A stretch of DNA of 64,000 nt, taken from positions 1,549,637 to 1,613,636 of the forward strand of contig CBDFNI010000010.1 of the NCBI GenBank assembly GCA_965250175.1, given 5' to 3'. Shown piece by piece: positions 55,188 to 64,000 of this stretch. A program made the position numbers and the translations under genes. How positions within the stretch are numbered: position 1 is the first letter of the stretch; each line of letters starts with the position of its first letter. The notes beneath the pieces were generated by a model. It had not been told where the DNA came from. It worked only from the letters and a program-made list of their open reading frames with translations, and made no database searches. The stretch comes from Planctomycetota bacterium (lineage in GTDB: Bacteria; Planctomycetota; UBA1135; UBA2386).

Positions 55188-57494
55188 TTACCGCGTAGCG
55201 AATTGGACCTTCAGCCGCCGCGGTTCGCCATCGGAACCGACATAAGTCCATTCCACACGCATGCTGCCCTTCAGGGGAGCCAGGGGATAGAAGACCGCCA
55301 GACCCGGTGCGGAGGCCCGCCGGTTGCTGCCTTGGTCCGCCAGATGCAGGATGCCCGGCACCGGCTTGTCACTGCCCTCACCCCGGAACAACTGGCATTG
55401 GATGGACTCTCGCTGCCTTGGCAGGCCGGAGCCAAAAAAGTGCAGGCTCAGTGGGTAGCCCAGGATCTTGCGCCTGCCTTCGCCGTTGGCGTCCAGCAAT
55501 CGCTGCACCTCGGGCCCGAGTTCCTTCACCTGCACCTGCCGCGGCACACCCACGGCACGGTAGGTGGGATGCTGGGCCATCTGCATGCTCCCCGTGGTGG
55601 CTGAACCCCGAAGGGTATCCATGACCATGATGGGACCTTCCGCATACATGCCCAACACCAGCAGGTTGGAATTGAGGATGGCGTCCCGGTAACCGGGCAA
55701 GGCCATCCAAGCCTGCATGACCTTGGCCGGCTTCTGGCTCTGGGTGTTGACTACAGCCATCTGGGCAAAGAGATTGCCATGGCGAGTTCCATGCTCCAAG
55801 TCTTGGTCCTGCATGTGTTCCAGGGCCGGACCACGCTGCTTGGAATTGGCCTTGAGATAATGCACGTGGTTGCGACAGCGTTGGGAAAAACTAGCATTCC
55901 AGCTCACCACCGACACCTTCATCTCGGCACGCTTGTCGTTGAAGGCCCGCAACCATTTGGGGGCGTCCTTGCTGGAAGCCTCCAGCGGTGAAACCTTGTT
56001 GCGCAATGCTTTCAACACCGGCGTCTTGCCGGTCCAAAAATCCCGCCAGCCCTGCTCCAGATGATCCAGGGACAGACCCTTGGTCTTCTCCACAAACAGC
56101 TTGCGCACTCCTGCAGCATTCCTTTCCTTGCGGGTCTTATCCAAGTGCCGCAGCAATGCGGGATCCCGTCGCAACAGATAATCCGCAAAGGACCAGGACT
56201 TGATGCGCGCATCATCGGGGAACTGTGCCGCATTCAGCAGCGGCAACCTGGCTGCTGGAGTACCCGCCAGGTCATAGGCCGCCTCCACCGCCAGGTCAGA
56301 CCAGGACTCCATGTCCGGCACCATCAGCGGTATCTTGCGATCCCCGACAACGGTGAACTCCTTCTCATTCACATTGATTATATAGATCAGGTTGCGGCCA
56401 AAGAATCGCCCCACCACCGCATGGCCAATGCCTTCGGTCAAGGCATCGGTGTGAAAGTTCGCAAAGTCCTGGGCGACTCCCCGCACGGCGCGATCGAAGA
56501 CTGCCGCCAGGCGGCCGATGCCTATATGCATGCCATTAGACGAACCGGAGCCTAGTACATAGCCCCCGGGATCTTCCATCATCAGGTCGAACACGGCTTG
56601 GTTTGGCACCAGGCCGCGGTTGGCAGTGAGCACCTTGCGGAAATCATCCGGCTCGCGCAGGAAGACATGGTGCCGCAACACCGACCTACCGTCGCCAAAA
56701 ACGTCATAGCCCGCATAGGCATCCCGGCAAAAGGCCAGGGATCGCTCCGCAAACATGGCTGCTTCCTTCAGGGTCTCCTCATCCCAGTCGCCCCAGACCT
56801 GGAAGTTCTCCGACTTCACCCCAATGTAGGAAAGCTCCGCCTTCTCCAGGTAGGGGTGGGTCGCCCCTTCCTCTTGGCGCTGCACTGCATACTCCTTGCG
56901 CAATTCTCGCTCCACCGCTTCTTCCAACATGGTGGAACGCTCATAGATGACCTGTTCCAGGTCGGTGCCCCGCAGCCGCTGTGATCCATTGCCTGCCAGG
57001 TCCTTCATGCCCAAGGCCACCTGCGCCTCTTCACTCTCGGGCACAAAGCGCAGCACCCGCTGCCAATGAAACTGCGACCTGTCGCTCCGCCCCGCCGCCT
57101 CATAATCCACCGCCATGGCCTGGTGCGCCTTGCCCACCTCCTTGCAAAGCTTGCTCCAGGCCTTGGTCTGACGCTTGGCCGCCGCCACATCCGGATTGCT
57201 CTGCATGGGGAAGGAGAAGCTCTTGTCCGGCGCCCATGCCTTGCCACTGGGAATGAAGCCCAGGTTCTTGCGCGCATCCGCATCGTCGTTGTCGTACTCC
57301 GCCAGGATCTCCAACCAGATCAGCTTGGCCTCTTGCGGGAGACCTGCCCGTAGGGCGGAGCTGGCATAGGCGTTCAGGGCCTTGGCCTGCTTACGCAGGA
57401 ATTGCAACTCTTCGGCGTCCTGCGCCAACACGGGCACAGCCAAGACAAAGCTGAGTGCCAAGATGTTAAGGGTACTGCGCATGCTGCGGATCAT
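55188..57494 (-). CDS. Large secreted protein of unknown function with a CAP-like segment near the C-terminus.
   Basis: The signal peptide is MIRSMRSTLNILALSFVLAVPVLAQD. The protein is 768 aa. The segment NHVHYLKAN...HGNLFAQMAVVN...LPGYRDAILNSN resembles CAP/SCP motifs, but only weakly. Confidence 0.65.
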   Translation of the reverse strand: MIRSMRSTLNILALSFVLAVPVLAQDAEELQFLRKQAKALNAYASSALRAGLPQEAKLIWLEILAEYDNDDADARKNLGFIPSGKAWAPDKSFSFPMQSNPDVAAAKRQTKAWSKLCKEVGKAHQAMAVDYEAAGRSDRSQFHWQRVLRFVPESEEAQVALGMKDLAGNGSQRLRGTDLEQVIYERSTMLEEAVERELRKEYAVQRQEEGATHPYLEKAELSYIGVKSENFQVWGDWDEETLKEAAMFAERSLAFCRDAYAGYDVFGDGRSVLRHHVFLREPDDFRKVLTANRGLVPNQAVFDLMMEDPGGYVLGSGSSNGMHIGIGRLAAVFDRAVRGVAQDFANFHTDALTEGIGHAVVGRFFGRNLIYIINVNEKEFTVVGDRKIPLMVPDMESWSDLAVEAAYDLAGTPAARLPLLNAAQFPDDARIKSWSFADYLLRRDPALLRHLDKTRKERNAAGVRKLFVEKTKGLSLDHLEQGWRDFWTGKTPVLKALRNKVSPLEASSKDAPKWLRAFNDKRAEMKVSVVSWNASFSQRCRNHVHYLKANSKQRGPALEHMQDQDLEHGTRHGNLFAQMAVVNTQSQKPAKVMQAWMALPGYRDAILNSNLLVLGMYAEGPIMVMDTLRGSATTGSMQMAQHPTYRAVGVPRQVQVKELGPEVQRLLDANGEGRRKILGYPLSLHFFGSGLPRQRESIQCQLFRGEGSDKPVPGILHLADQGSNRRASAPGLAVFYPLAPLKGSMRVEWTYVGSDGEPRRLKVQFATR

Positions 57495-57510
57495 AGGTTA
57501 AGGTTTGGCC

Positions 57511-59643
57511 ATGCCATGGTTTGACCCAGCATCCTACCGAAACAGCACAATGCTGGCATTGCTTTTCGTCTTCGCCTGCCTGCTGCCCGCGCAAGAGCAG
57601 CCGCAAGAACGATCACAAGAAACAACGCCAGAGCCAAAGCAGGAGCAACGCTGGATCACTGTGCAGAACCTGGCGCCCGCGGCTCGGGAAGAATGGGCCC
57701 AGGTGGTAGTACCCTTCGCCAAGGGCCAGGTAACAGAATCTCCCGACCTGCATGTGCAGGGACTGCCCACGGTATGGCAACCCTTTGGCGCCCGCTGGGA
57801 TGACGGGTCCTGGCGCCAAGCCCTCTGCTTCTTTCCCATGGCCATGCAGGGCCTGAGCGAACGCAAGCTCCTTTTGCAAGCGGGGCCTGGCCCGGAACTG
57901 GATACGAAATTCGACAGCGACCCCAGCGCCGAACTGGACCTGCGCTTTGTGCTGCAGAATGGTCAACAGGAATTCATCGGCAAGCCCGAGCTGGTCTGCC
58001 TGCTGGAAGAAAATCCAGCACGGCAAGTGACCCTGCTGCGTTGCCGCCTGGGCGACAGCGGTCTATTGGCCGAGGTCATCCTGACTCGCTACCACAACCA
58101 GGAGATCATGCCCTTGGACATCGCTGTCTTCTTCAGTGACCCCAACAGTTCTGACATGCAGCGCGAAGTTGAACTGCTGTCCCTGCAGTGCCAGGGCATG
58201 GACCTGCAGTTCTACCACGGCCCGGCCCTGGGCATGTCCAAGCAGACCAGGGAAGATGGCATCCAGTACTCCATCCTGCAGAACGCCTCGCTGGGAGACG
58301 GACAGGGCATTCGCCGAACTGGCGTGCTGTTGCCGACGGCTGCGGATGCCGAGAATCCCGAGAGCTCTTCAGCGATTGCCGCAGCCACCTGCCCACTGTT
58401 GGCCGCCACTACTTGGAGCGACAGTCAGGCCTTCGGCCCCTTTGGCCTGGTGCCCCAAAGCCCGCCCTGGCTGCGCGGCAACCTGGGTCGGCGGGCCATG
58501 GCCAAACGGCATGCCAACTTCGCGCGCCAAAGCCAGACGACCGGTAACCCCTTCCAACATTACCCATTCAGTCTGGCCAAGTATCCGGGACAGACCGGCA
58601 ACCAGGCTGACTTTGGTTTGCTGAAGTTGAGTCCGGTAGCTCGCAGCGGCCTGCCCTCCTTCCTCTGGGAAGTAGAACTCTCGGTGCTGCAGGAAGCCTG
58701 CCGGCCGGTGCACATGTTCGAAGGCAATGGCGAACCGCTGCAAGCCAGTGATCATCCGGACTGGGTGGTGTGGAATGGTCGCACCCACTGGAACAGCAAG
58801 GTAAGCGTGGACCGCCTGGGCAAGCCCGCCCCACAACCCAAGTTCGACAGCCACGGCTGGGCCGGCAAGGACCGGCAACACTGGAGTAGCAACTACCTCT
58901 GCGCCTACTACCTGCTCACCGGCAAGCACTGGGCGCTAAGGGAAATCGAAAACGATGTGCAGCTGTTCATGGCTTGCCAGACTATCAAGGAAGGCCAGGT
59001 CACTTCCAAGTCCGGTGCGCCCAGGGCGGCCGGGCGCTGCATGCTGGCAGGTTGCTGGTACTACCTGTGCACCGGTGATGCAGACCTGCTGCAACGCATG
59101 CACCTGCGCATGCAACTTGCCCACCTGCCCTACTGGCAACATCGAGAATTGCCCACGGACAAGGTGCGCACCATGTCGGTGATGCGACCGGACCCGCGCG
59201 TTCTGAAAGGCCAACATGCCTACTGGGTGCCGTGGCAGGATGCACTGGCTTGCGTTGGCTACGCTGCTTTTTATCGCCTGAGTGGCAACCCCCTGGCGAA
59301 GGAGATGGCGGACGGCCTTTCGCTAAACGTCCTGCGCCATGGCTGGCGCATCACGCAAAAGGGCGCCCAGGTGGGTTACGCGCTGAGTTGGCTGGATGAG
59401 GGCCTAGGCCTTAGCGAGGCCGAAAAACAATTGGACGATGGCAAGCTGGCGACTTGGGCTGGCGGCGGCATCGGCATCTGGAGTCTGCCGGCGGTGGAAT
59501 GGGCCCGACAGGCCGCAGAGGCCCAAGGAATGCGGGAGTTAGCAGGAAAGGCGGCGCACATCCTGGGCTTGCTGCGGGCCAGCCGCCGACCAGGCAAGGA
59601 CGGTTGGTGGGACGACCTGAGTGAATGGGACGCCCTGCGCTAG
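57511..59643 (+). CDS. Large secreted protein of unknown function.
   Basis: ORF of about 710 aa. The hydrophobic N-terminus is MLALLFVFACLLPAQEQ. The start is ambiguous: TTG 57505, ATG 57511 or ATG 57550. No family was recognised. Confidence 0.65.
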   Translation: MPWFDPASYRNSTMLALLFVFACLLPAQEQPQERSQETTPEPKQEQRWITVQNLAPAAREEWAQVVVPFAKGQVTESPDLHVQGLPTVWQPFGARWDDGSWRQALCFFPMAMQGLSERKLLLQAGPGPELDTKFDSDPSAELDLRFVLQNGQQEFIGKPELVCLLEENPARQVTLLRCRLGDSGLLAEVILTRYHNQEIMPLDIAVFFSDPNSSDMQREVELLSLQCQGMDLQFYHGPALGMSKQTREDGIQYSILQNASLGDGQGIRRTGVLLPTAADAENPESSSAIAAATCPLLAATTWSDSQAFGPFGLVPQSPPWLRGNLGRRAMAKRHANFARQSQTTGNPFQHYPFSLAKYPGQTGNQADFGLLKLSPVARSGLPSFLWEVELSVLQEACRPVHMFEGNGEPLQASDHPDWVVWNGRTHWNSKVSVDRLGKPAPQPKFDSHGWAGKDRQHWSSNYLCAYYLLTGKHWALREIENDVQLFMACQTIKEGQVTSKSGAPRAAGRCMLAGCWYYLCTGDADLLQRMHLRMQLAHLPYWQHRELPTDKVRTMSVMRPDPRVLKGQHAYWVPWQDALACVGYAAFYRLSGNPLAKEMADGLSLNVLRHGWRITQKGAQVGYALSWLDEGLGLSEAEKQLDDGKLATWAGGGIGIWSLPAVEWARQAAEAQGMRELAGKAAHILGLLRASRRPGKDGWWDDLSEWDALR

Positions 59644-59672
59644 GCCTTGCCTAAGCCCTCCTGCCGCCACAG

Positions 59673-59713
59673 AGCAGGGGCGAAAACAGAGAAAAACCCT
59701 GCTTTCAGTTTTT
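59673..59713 (+). terminator. Possible intrinsic terminator downstream of 57511..59643.
   Basis: The stem AGCAGGG (59673-59679) pairs with CCCTGCT (59697-59703) and is followed by TTCAGTTTTT. The 17-nt loop is larger than in typical terminators. Confidence 0.3.
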
Positions 59714-59790
59714 GCCCTGGTCATAATCCCCAACGTTATCCAGTTGCTGGATAGCCGCTTACGTCTCATACCTCTGGGAGGGGGTGCAGG

Positions 59791-59919
59791 ATGGACAAGT
59801 CAATAGCCCTTGGCGCAGGCCTGGATCTGCGTCGCAAGTTGGTAGCTCTAGGCAGTGTTTGTGTCGTCTCAATTCCCTGGTGGCTGGGCCTGCTGTGGAT
59901 GTTGGGTCTGCTGGGCTGA
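59791..59919 (+). CDS. Candidate small membrane peptide (42 aa), below the track size cut-off.
   Basis: GGGAGG lies about 10 nt upstream of ATG 59791. The translation is MDKSIALGAGLDLRRKLVALGSVCVVSIPWWLGLLWMLGLLG. It has one hydrophobic C-terminal segment. Confidence 0.3.
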   Translation: MDKSIALGAGLDLRRKLVALGSVCVVSIPWWLGLLWMLGLLG

Positions 59920-59947
59920 CGGCCCGTAACCACACCCACTCAGTAAA

Positions 59948-60430
59948 TCAGCCGCCTTTCGAGTCCACAGCAGTAGCTGGTTGGCCAGGCTGGTTTTGCC
60001 CAGGCTCTTCACTCAAGTTCTTGAAGAATGGCCAGTGACTGGCTGAGAAGTAGATGCGGCGGCGAGTGAGGTCCAAGCCAAACATGCGCCAATCTTCAAG
60101 GACAGGATCGCCTCTCTTAGGCCATTCGTCCACAACCACCTCAAACCTGTCGCCATCCATGAACTGCCCATCGCCGAGCCAATAGGTGCCGTTGTATTTT
60201 GGATCGCGCCAATTGAATCTATTGTCACCTCGCAACGTAGCCAGATCCGCCTCGCTCAGGCCTAGGACCAACACCATGCCATTGAAGTGGATGACTTCTT
60301 GATGGGGAATGCTGCCAAGATCTACGGCCATCTCCTCTGTCATGAAACCGCCTGGTCCCCGATCCATATAAGGGTCACTTGGATTACAGGCCGTCAACGA
60401 CAAGGCAACAATCAGTGCAAGGTGTTTCAT
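59948..60430 (-). CDS. Lipoprotein of unknown function (low-GC island).
   Basis: MKHLALIVALSLTACNPSD has a canonical lipobox, LTAC. The protein is 160 aa. Confidence 0.65.
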   Translation of the reverse strand: MKHLALIVALSLTACNPSDPYMDRGPGGFMTEEMAVDLGSIPHQEVIHFNGMVLVLGLSEADLATLRGDNRFNWRDPKYNGTYWLGDGQFMDGDRFEVVVDEWPKRGDPVLEDWRMFGLDLTRRRIYFSASHWPFFKNLSEEPGQNQPGQPATAVDSKGG

Positions 60431-60546
60431 CTCTGGGCTCCGTCGTACAATAAAACAGGCAGCCTCAGGGACTGCCCCACCGACCCGGTTGCGGGGAGTC
60501 GTTGGCTGATTTCACCATAAAGTGCGTAGATGATCGTCGTCCCAAA

Positions 60547-63500
60547 TCATTTATCGGGTGCGCGTTCTTCGAAATCAGCCCAGAGCCAGGGGCCCTTCAA
60601 GCGGCTTCCAGTATCGTTGACATCATCCTGCACAACTTTTTGGACGTAAGCGTAGATACCCTCGCGAGATTCGATGTTCACATCGAATCGAAGGAAAATG
60701 TAGGCGGGCGTCCTCGCAAACCGATTCTTGTCAAGTTTAACGAGCACATTTGGATGGCTGATGAGAACGTCGCTGAAGAGGACATAGTACTTTGAATCCG
60801 AGACGCTCTGCACATTGCTTCTATAGAGAATGTAACTAAGAGTGGCTTCGCTGCCGACACCGCCATCGGGCGGGAGGGCTCTGATCCAAGCGCTCTCAGA
60901 AGCCTCTCTCAGCATTTTTGGCATGGGAACAAGATCGCTAAAGACCGGCATGCCCGCGCCGGCAAAGTGTAACGGAAGACCTTCTGCGAAAGGATTACCG
61001 TGCACATTGACATCAAGTGTCGCCCATATGGGGTAGTCTCGCATGGGATCGTCGGCTTTCAAATTGTCCTTGCCGATTATTGCTTTTCCGGCGGCGATTT
61101 TTTGCGACAACTCAGCAATCTCAAACTTCATTCTGCTCAATTTGAGTGTCACATCGCCTTTCCCGTGGATAAGAGTCGCCTCTTGATGTCCCTCCACCCT
61201 CGCTACGCTGTCCGACTTGAACAAGCCTACAACGGCCTTTTTCACATGAGACATAAGGTCGATTCGCGACTCATCGGTCACTGCCCCTCTTGCAAGTGAT
61301 CTGGAAATCACCGCGATAACTGGATGCGCCTTGTTTTGATGGAAGACATAGCCGCGTCTACTCAATCGTGCTTCCACCGCAATCCCAAACACCGAACCAA
61401 CCCGCCGGTCGCTCACCGTCATATCTGACTTTTTCACTCGGTAATGGAGAAACAAAACTGTCTCCGAATCGCTATCCTCGGTAATTCCTTTCAGCTTCAA
61501 GTACTGGATTATCTCGGCTTTCACCGTCGATAAACCTGCTAGGTCGAGACCCTCGGTGATGTTGCTAGTCGGATGTATGCTGACCCTTTTGAGAAGCGCC
61601 CCCCTCTGCGCCTTTGTTAGAAGGGGAGCGTCGTTGATGGCGCGCGCCCACGCCTGATTCTTCGTCTCATTCCTGGGCGACGCCCCAGCAACCGCTTTGT
61701 TCGCCAGGCCTTCTTCCGTAAAGCGTTCTCTGACCGCGCTGGCCAGCTTTTGCTTTCCCTGTGCCTCGTAAGTTTTCGCAAGCGTGTCAATCGCCGCGAT
61801 GACAGACCTGTGATACGGCTCGTGGACCTCTTCAATCATCTTGAGACGGTGCTCAAGAAGCGGCTCCGCCAGCGCGTGCATGCCCTGCGACGTGTACGCC
61901 AGAGCCAGATGGCCCAAGCTCGTCGCCACATTAGGAAACCCAGGATGCAAGCTCCTCTCGATGACTTGCAGGGACTTCTTGGCAACCGCCTCGGCGCGAA
62001 CAAAGTCCTTCGCATTGTAGAGATCCGAAAACGCACTGGTGAGGCGGCTCCATTCGATGGCGATCGCCTCTTCCTCGGCCGGCACCGGTCTCGACAGGAT
62101 CGTACTTTGGTCGGGCGCGGTGGATTCAGGCGTCTTCGGCGGACCCTTGAGCGAGATTCGCTCTCGTAACATTCGCTCGCGATTTGCGAGGGCACTGAGT
62201 TTCCGGCTTTGCCTGTGGCGTTGGTATTGTCCTCTTAGATTATCCAGGGTCGTCTTGAGGCCTTGGGTATCGGGCGTCGGAACCGACTCCCAAATTTCCA
62301 GAGCGCGAAGGTACAACGGCACGCCGAACCGGCCTTCGAGGATGTAGACCGCGGCGAGCATGTTCAGGCTCAGCGCTACGTTGGAATGATACGGACCGTA
62401 GGTGAGCTCGGCGAAGGCAACCGCCGCCCTGGCCTCAGCACCCGCCAGCTCATACTCACGCGCATCAATATGTTTCCTGATCCTGGGTTCAAAGGCTTCC
62501 CACCTATCGGGGATGGCTTCAACCTTCGATGCACCTGGTTTTTCTGCGCTTTCCGGTTGTGCCGCGCGTGACCCCTGCAAGAGCGAATCAGCCAACTCGA
62601 TTGAATCAGGGAGAGCTTTCGGCGTCTTGTCCACGGGCCGGGCTTTCGGCGCGGCGACCTTCGCAAGTTCGTACAGGGGTTTGGCCAAATGGCTCTCGTC
62701 CTGGGCCACACGCAGGGCCGCAAGATCCCTAAGCGTTTGCGCATAGAGTGGATGCTCATCATCCATCAACTTCAGCGCGCCTTTGTATAGCGGCAAGGCG
62801 AAGGCGTAATTGCGATTCATCGCGAGAACCCGCGCTTGAACGGTCAGGTTTGTGATCGCATCCGGAGAGGCGTGCGCCCATCGACCTTCTGCTTCACGCC
62901 GAGACTTTCGGATATCCTCACTCAAAGGCGGCATAGGATTCCGGGCATGGTTTACCTCCCACATCTTCTCTTCGATCTGATAGTGATGCGCGCGATGGTC
63001 ATGTAGATCGTAGAGATTCTGCTGGGTGACCATGACCAGGAGTTTTTTTCCAAAGTGCGAATCCTTCGGACCTATGGTCGCCGCAAATATTTCCAGGGCT
63101 TCTTTATAGAGTCGCTTTGGTCTGTCGAATTCCCCCTGGGCGGCGTAGCCCCTGGCCAATTGGTACAGGCTCTCACCGACCAGCCGATGCGGTTGCTCGA
63201 GCAACTTTCGGCGCGTTTCCAGCGCCATCTTGTTGAGTTGCTCGGCGTAGGCGAATTGCCCCCGTCCGTGGTACCTTCTCCACGCGAGATCGTGCATGAC
63301 TACCGCAACATGGAGGTTCTCGATGGCCTTGTAACCCGCGGTCGCTCTCCGGAGTCTAAGGTCGAAAGGCTCGGCATTTTCCTCACCGAGTATCCGCGTG
63401 TTTTCGTCGATGACGGCCAACTTCGTCAGGTCCGGGCGGTCGGCTTGGGGGATCAGCTCCCGTTCCTTCATCGTACGCCGGTTCAGCTCGTCGACTCTCC

Positions 63501-64000
63501 TGCGAAATCCGGTAATGCTGTACAGCCTCGCCAGGTTGTCCATGGTTATGACGATGTCGGCGTGGTCGGGCTCCGGTGTCTTCTGCCAAATCTTCAGCGC
63601 GCGATCGTACAGCTCCTTCGCGTCGGCGTACCGGCCCTTGTGCTGGTATATGTAGCCGAGGTTGTTCAGGCTCCGGGCGGTGTTCGGATGGTTGCGTCCA
63701 AATTCTCCTTTGGCGGCGGCAAGGGCCTTCTCAGCAAGCTCCGTACTTCGTTGAAAGTCATGGACACGTTGGCACTGCATAAGCGCCACGTTGATGCCGT
63801 CCCAGCTGCCGGCAGCGTATTTAACCTTAGAAACCTGCGGACCTGGCACAGGGGTCACTTTGGCTTCGACTTTCGGGCGCCCTCGAGGCACTTTGGCTTT
63901 GACCACCGTGGGCGTTGGGGTCACTGGGCTCACTGGGGTCACTGGGGTTTTGTCGGGCTTTGGCCTCTTTTCCCATATCTCCCTGGCGCGCGTCGGCAGC
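60547..64000 (-). CDS. Very large TPR-repeat protein with an unrecognised C-terminal domain of about 430 aa. The N-terminus probably lies beyond the window end.
   Basis: The track ORF starts at GTG 63942, but the frame stays open to position 64000; hand translation upstream gives ...LPTRAREIWEKRPKPDKTP-VTPVSPVTPTPT. Multiple TPR units occur, e.g. ARSLNNLGYIYQHKGRYADAKELYDRALKIWQK and ALSLNMLAAVYILEGRF. The last ~430 aa (from ...HPTSNITEGLDLAG to ...WADFEERAPDK) show no motif I recognise. Confidence 0.7.
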   Translation of the reverse strand, partial: LPTRAREIWEKRPKPDKTPVTPVSPVTPTPTVVKAKVPRGRPKVEAKVTPVPGPQVSKVKYAAGSWDGINVALMQCQRVHDFQRSTELAEKALAAAKGEFGRNHPNTARSLNNLGYIYQHKGRYADAKELYDRALKIWQKTPEPDHADIVITMDNLARLYSITGFRRRVDELNRRTMKERELIPQADRPDLTKLAVIDENTRILGEENAEPFDLRLRRATAGYKAIENLHVAVVMHDLAWRRYHGRGQFAYAEQLNKMALETRRKLLEQPHRLVGESLYQLARGYAAQGEFDRPKRLYKEALEIFAATIGPKDSHFGKKLLVMVTQQNLYDLHDHRAHHYQIEEKMWEVNHARNPMPPLSEDIRKSRREAEGRWAHASPDAITNLTVQARVLAMNRNYAFALPLYKGALKLMDDEHPLYAQTLRDLAALRVAQDESHLAKPLYELAKVAAPKARPVDKTPKALPDSIELADSLLQGSRAAQPESAEKPGASKVEAIPDRWEAFEPRIRKHIDAREYELAGAEARAAVAFAELTYGPYHSNVALSLNMLAAVYILEGRFGVPLYLRALEIWESVPTPDTQGLKTTLDNLRGQYQRHRQSRKLSALANRERMLRERISLKGPPKTPESTAPDQSTILSRPVPAEEEAIAIEWSRLTSAFSDLYNAKDFVRAEAVAKKSLQVIERSLHPGFPNVATSLGHLALAYTSQGMHALAEPLLEHRLKMIEEVHEPYHRSVIAAIDTLAKTYEAQGKQKLASAVRERFTEEGLANKAVAGASPRNETKNQAWARAINDAPLLTKAQRGALLKRVSIHPTSNITEGLDLAGLSTVKAEIIQYLKLKGITEDSDSETVLFLHYRVKKSDMTVSDRRVGSVFGIAVEARLSRRGYVFHQNKAHPVIAVISRSLARGAVTDESRIDLMSHVKKAVVGLFKSDSVARVEGHQEATLIHGKGDVTLKLSRMKFEIAELSQKIAAGKAIIGKDNLKADDPMRDYPIWATLDVNVHGNPFAEGLPLHFAGAGMPVFSDLVPMPKMLREASESAWIRALPPDGGVGSEATLSYILYRSNVQSVSDSKYYVLFSDVLISHPNVLVKLDKNRFARTPAYIFLRFDVNIESREGIYAYVQKVVQDDVNDTGSRLKGPWLWADFEERAPDK

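Overview
This is a 64-kb, high-GC (about 60% by eye) chromosomal segment. Its gene content suggests a PVC-type bacterium (Verrucomicrobiota or Planctomycetota-like): sulfatases, ankyrin, HEAT and TPR proteins, LptFG, and a sigma-54 activator. That placement is inference only, because no database search was possible. I support about 45 protein genes, one tRNA-Ser(UGA), one SAM-I riboswitch, and five insertion sequences of three families. The IS set is two near-identical inverted IS630 copies, two diverged tandem IS1182-like copies, and one ISL3. Housekeeping content includes cstA, a stand-alone EF-G paralogue, a tandem beta-carbonic anhydrase, an LPS block (lptF, lptG, LPS kinase, LpxL-like acyltransferase), cysteine synthase, UvrD/PcrA, and a SAM-riboswitch-controlled hom-metX-metB operon. 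Six points deserve a second look. (1) A minus-strand ORF of more than 980 codons is missing from the ORF track because it runs off the window; it encodes a modular repeat protein whose 5' end is cut by IS630. (2) metB reads without a stop into a low-GC gene for a signal-peptide protein of unknown family. (3) Seven minus-strand genes at 14.5-24.4 kb are joined by overlapping stop and start codons and combine envelope and amide-bond enzymes with no obvious known pathway. (4) A low-GC island at 59.7-64 kb encodes a very large TPR protein with an unrecognised C-terminal domain of about 430 aa, plus a lipoprotein. (5) Two related IS elements sit in tandem exactly in a CTAG that holds the overlapping stop codons of two convergent genes. 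(6) Both IS-disrupted coding genes are sulfatases. No CRISPR array, rRNA or prophage core genes were seen. All family calls rest on motifs read from the translations and need HMM or BLAST confirmation.
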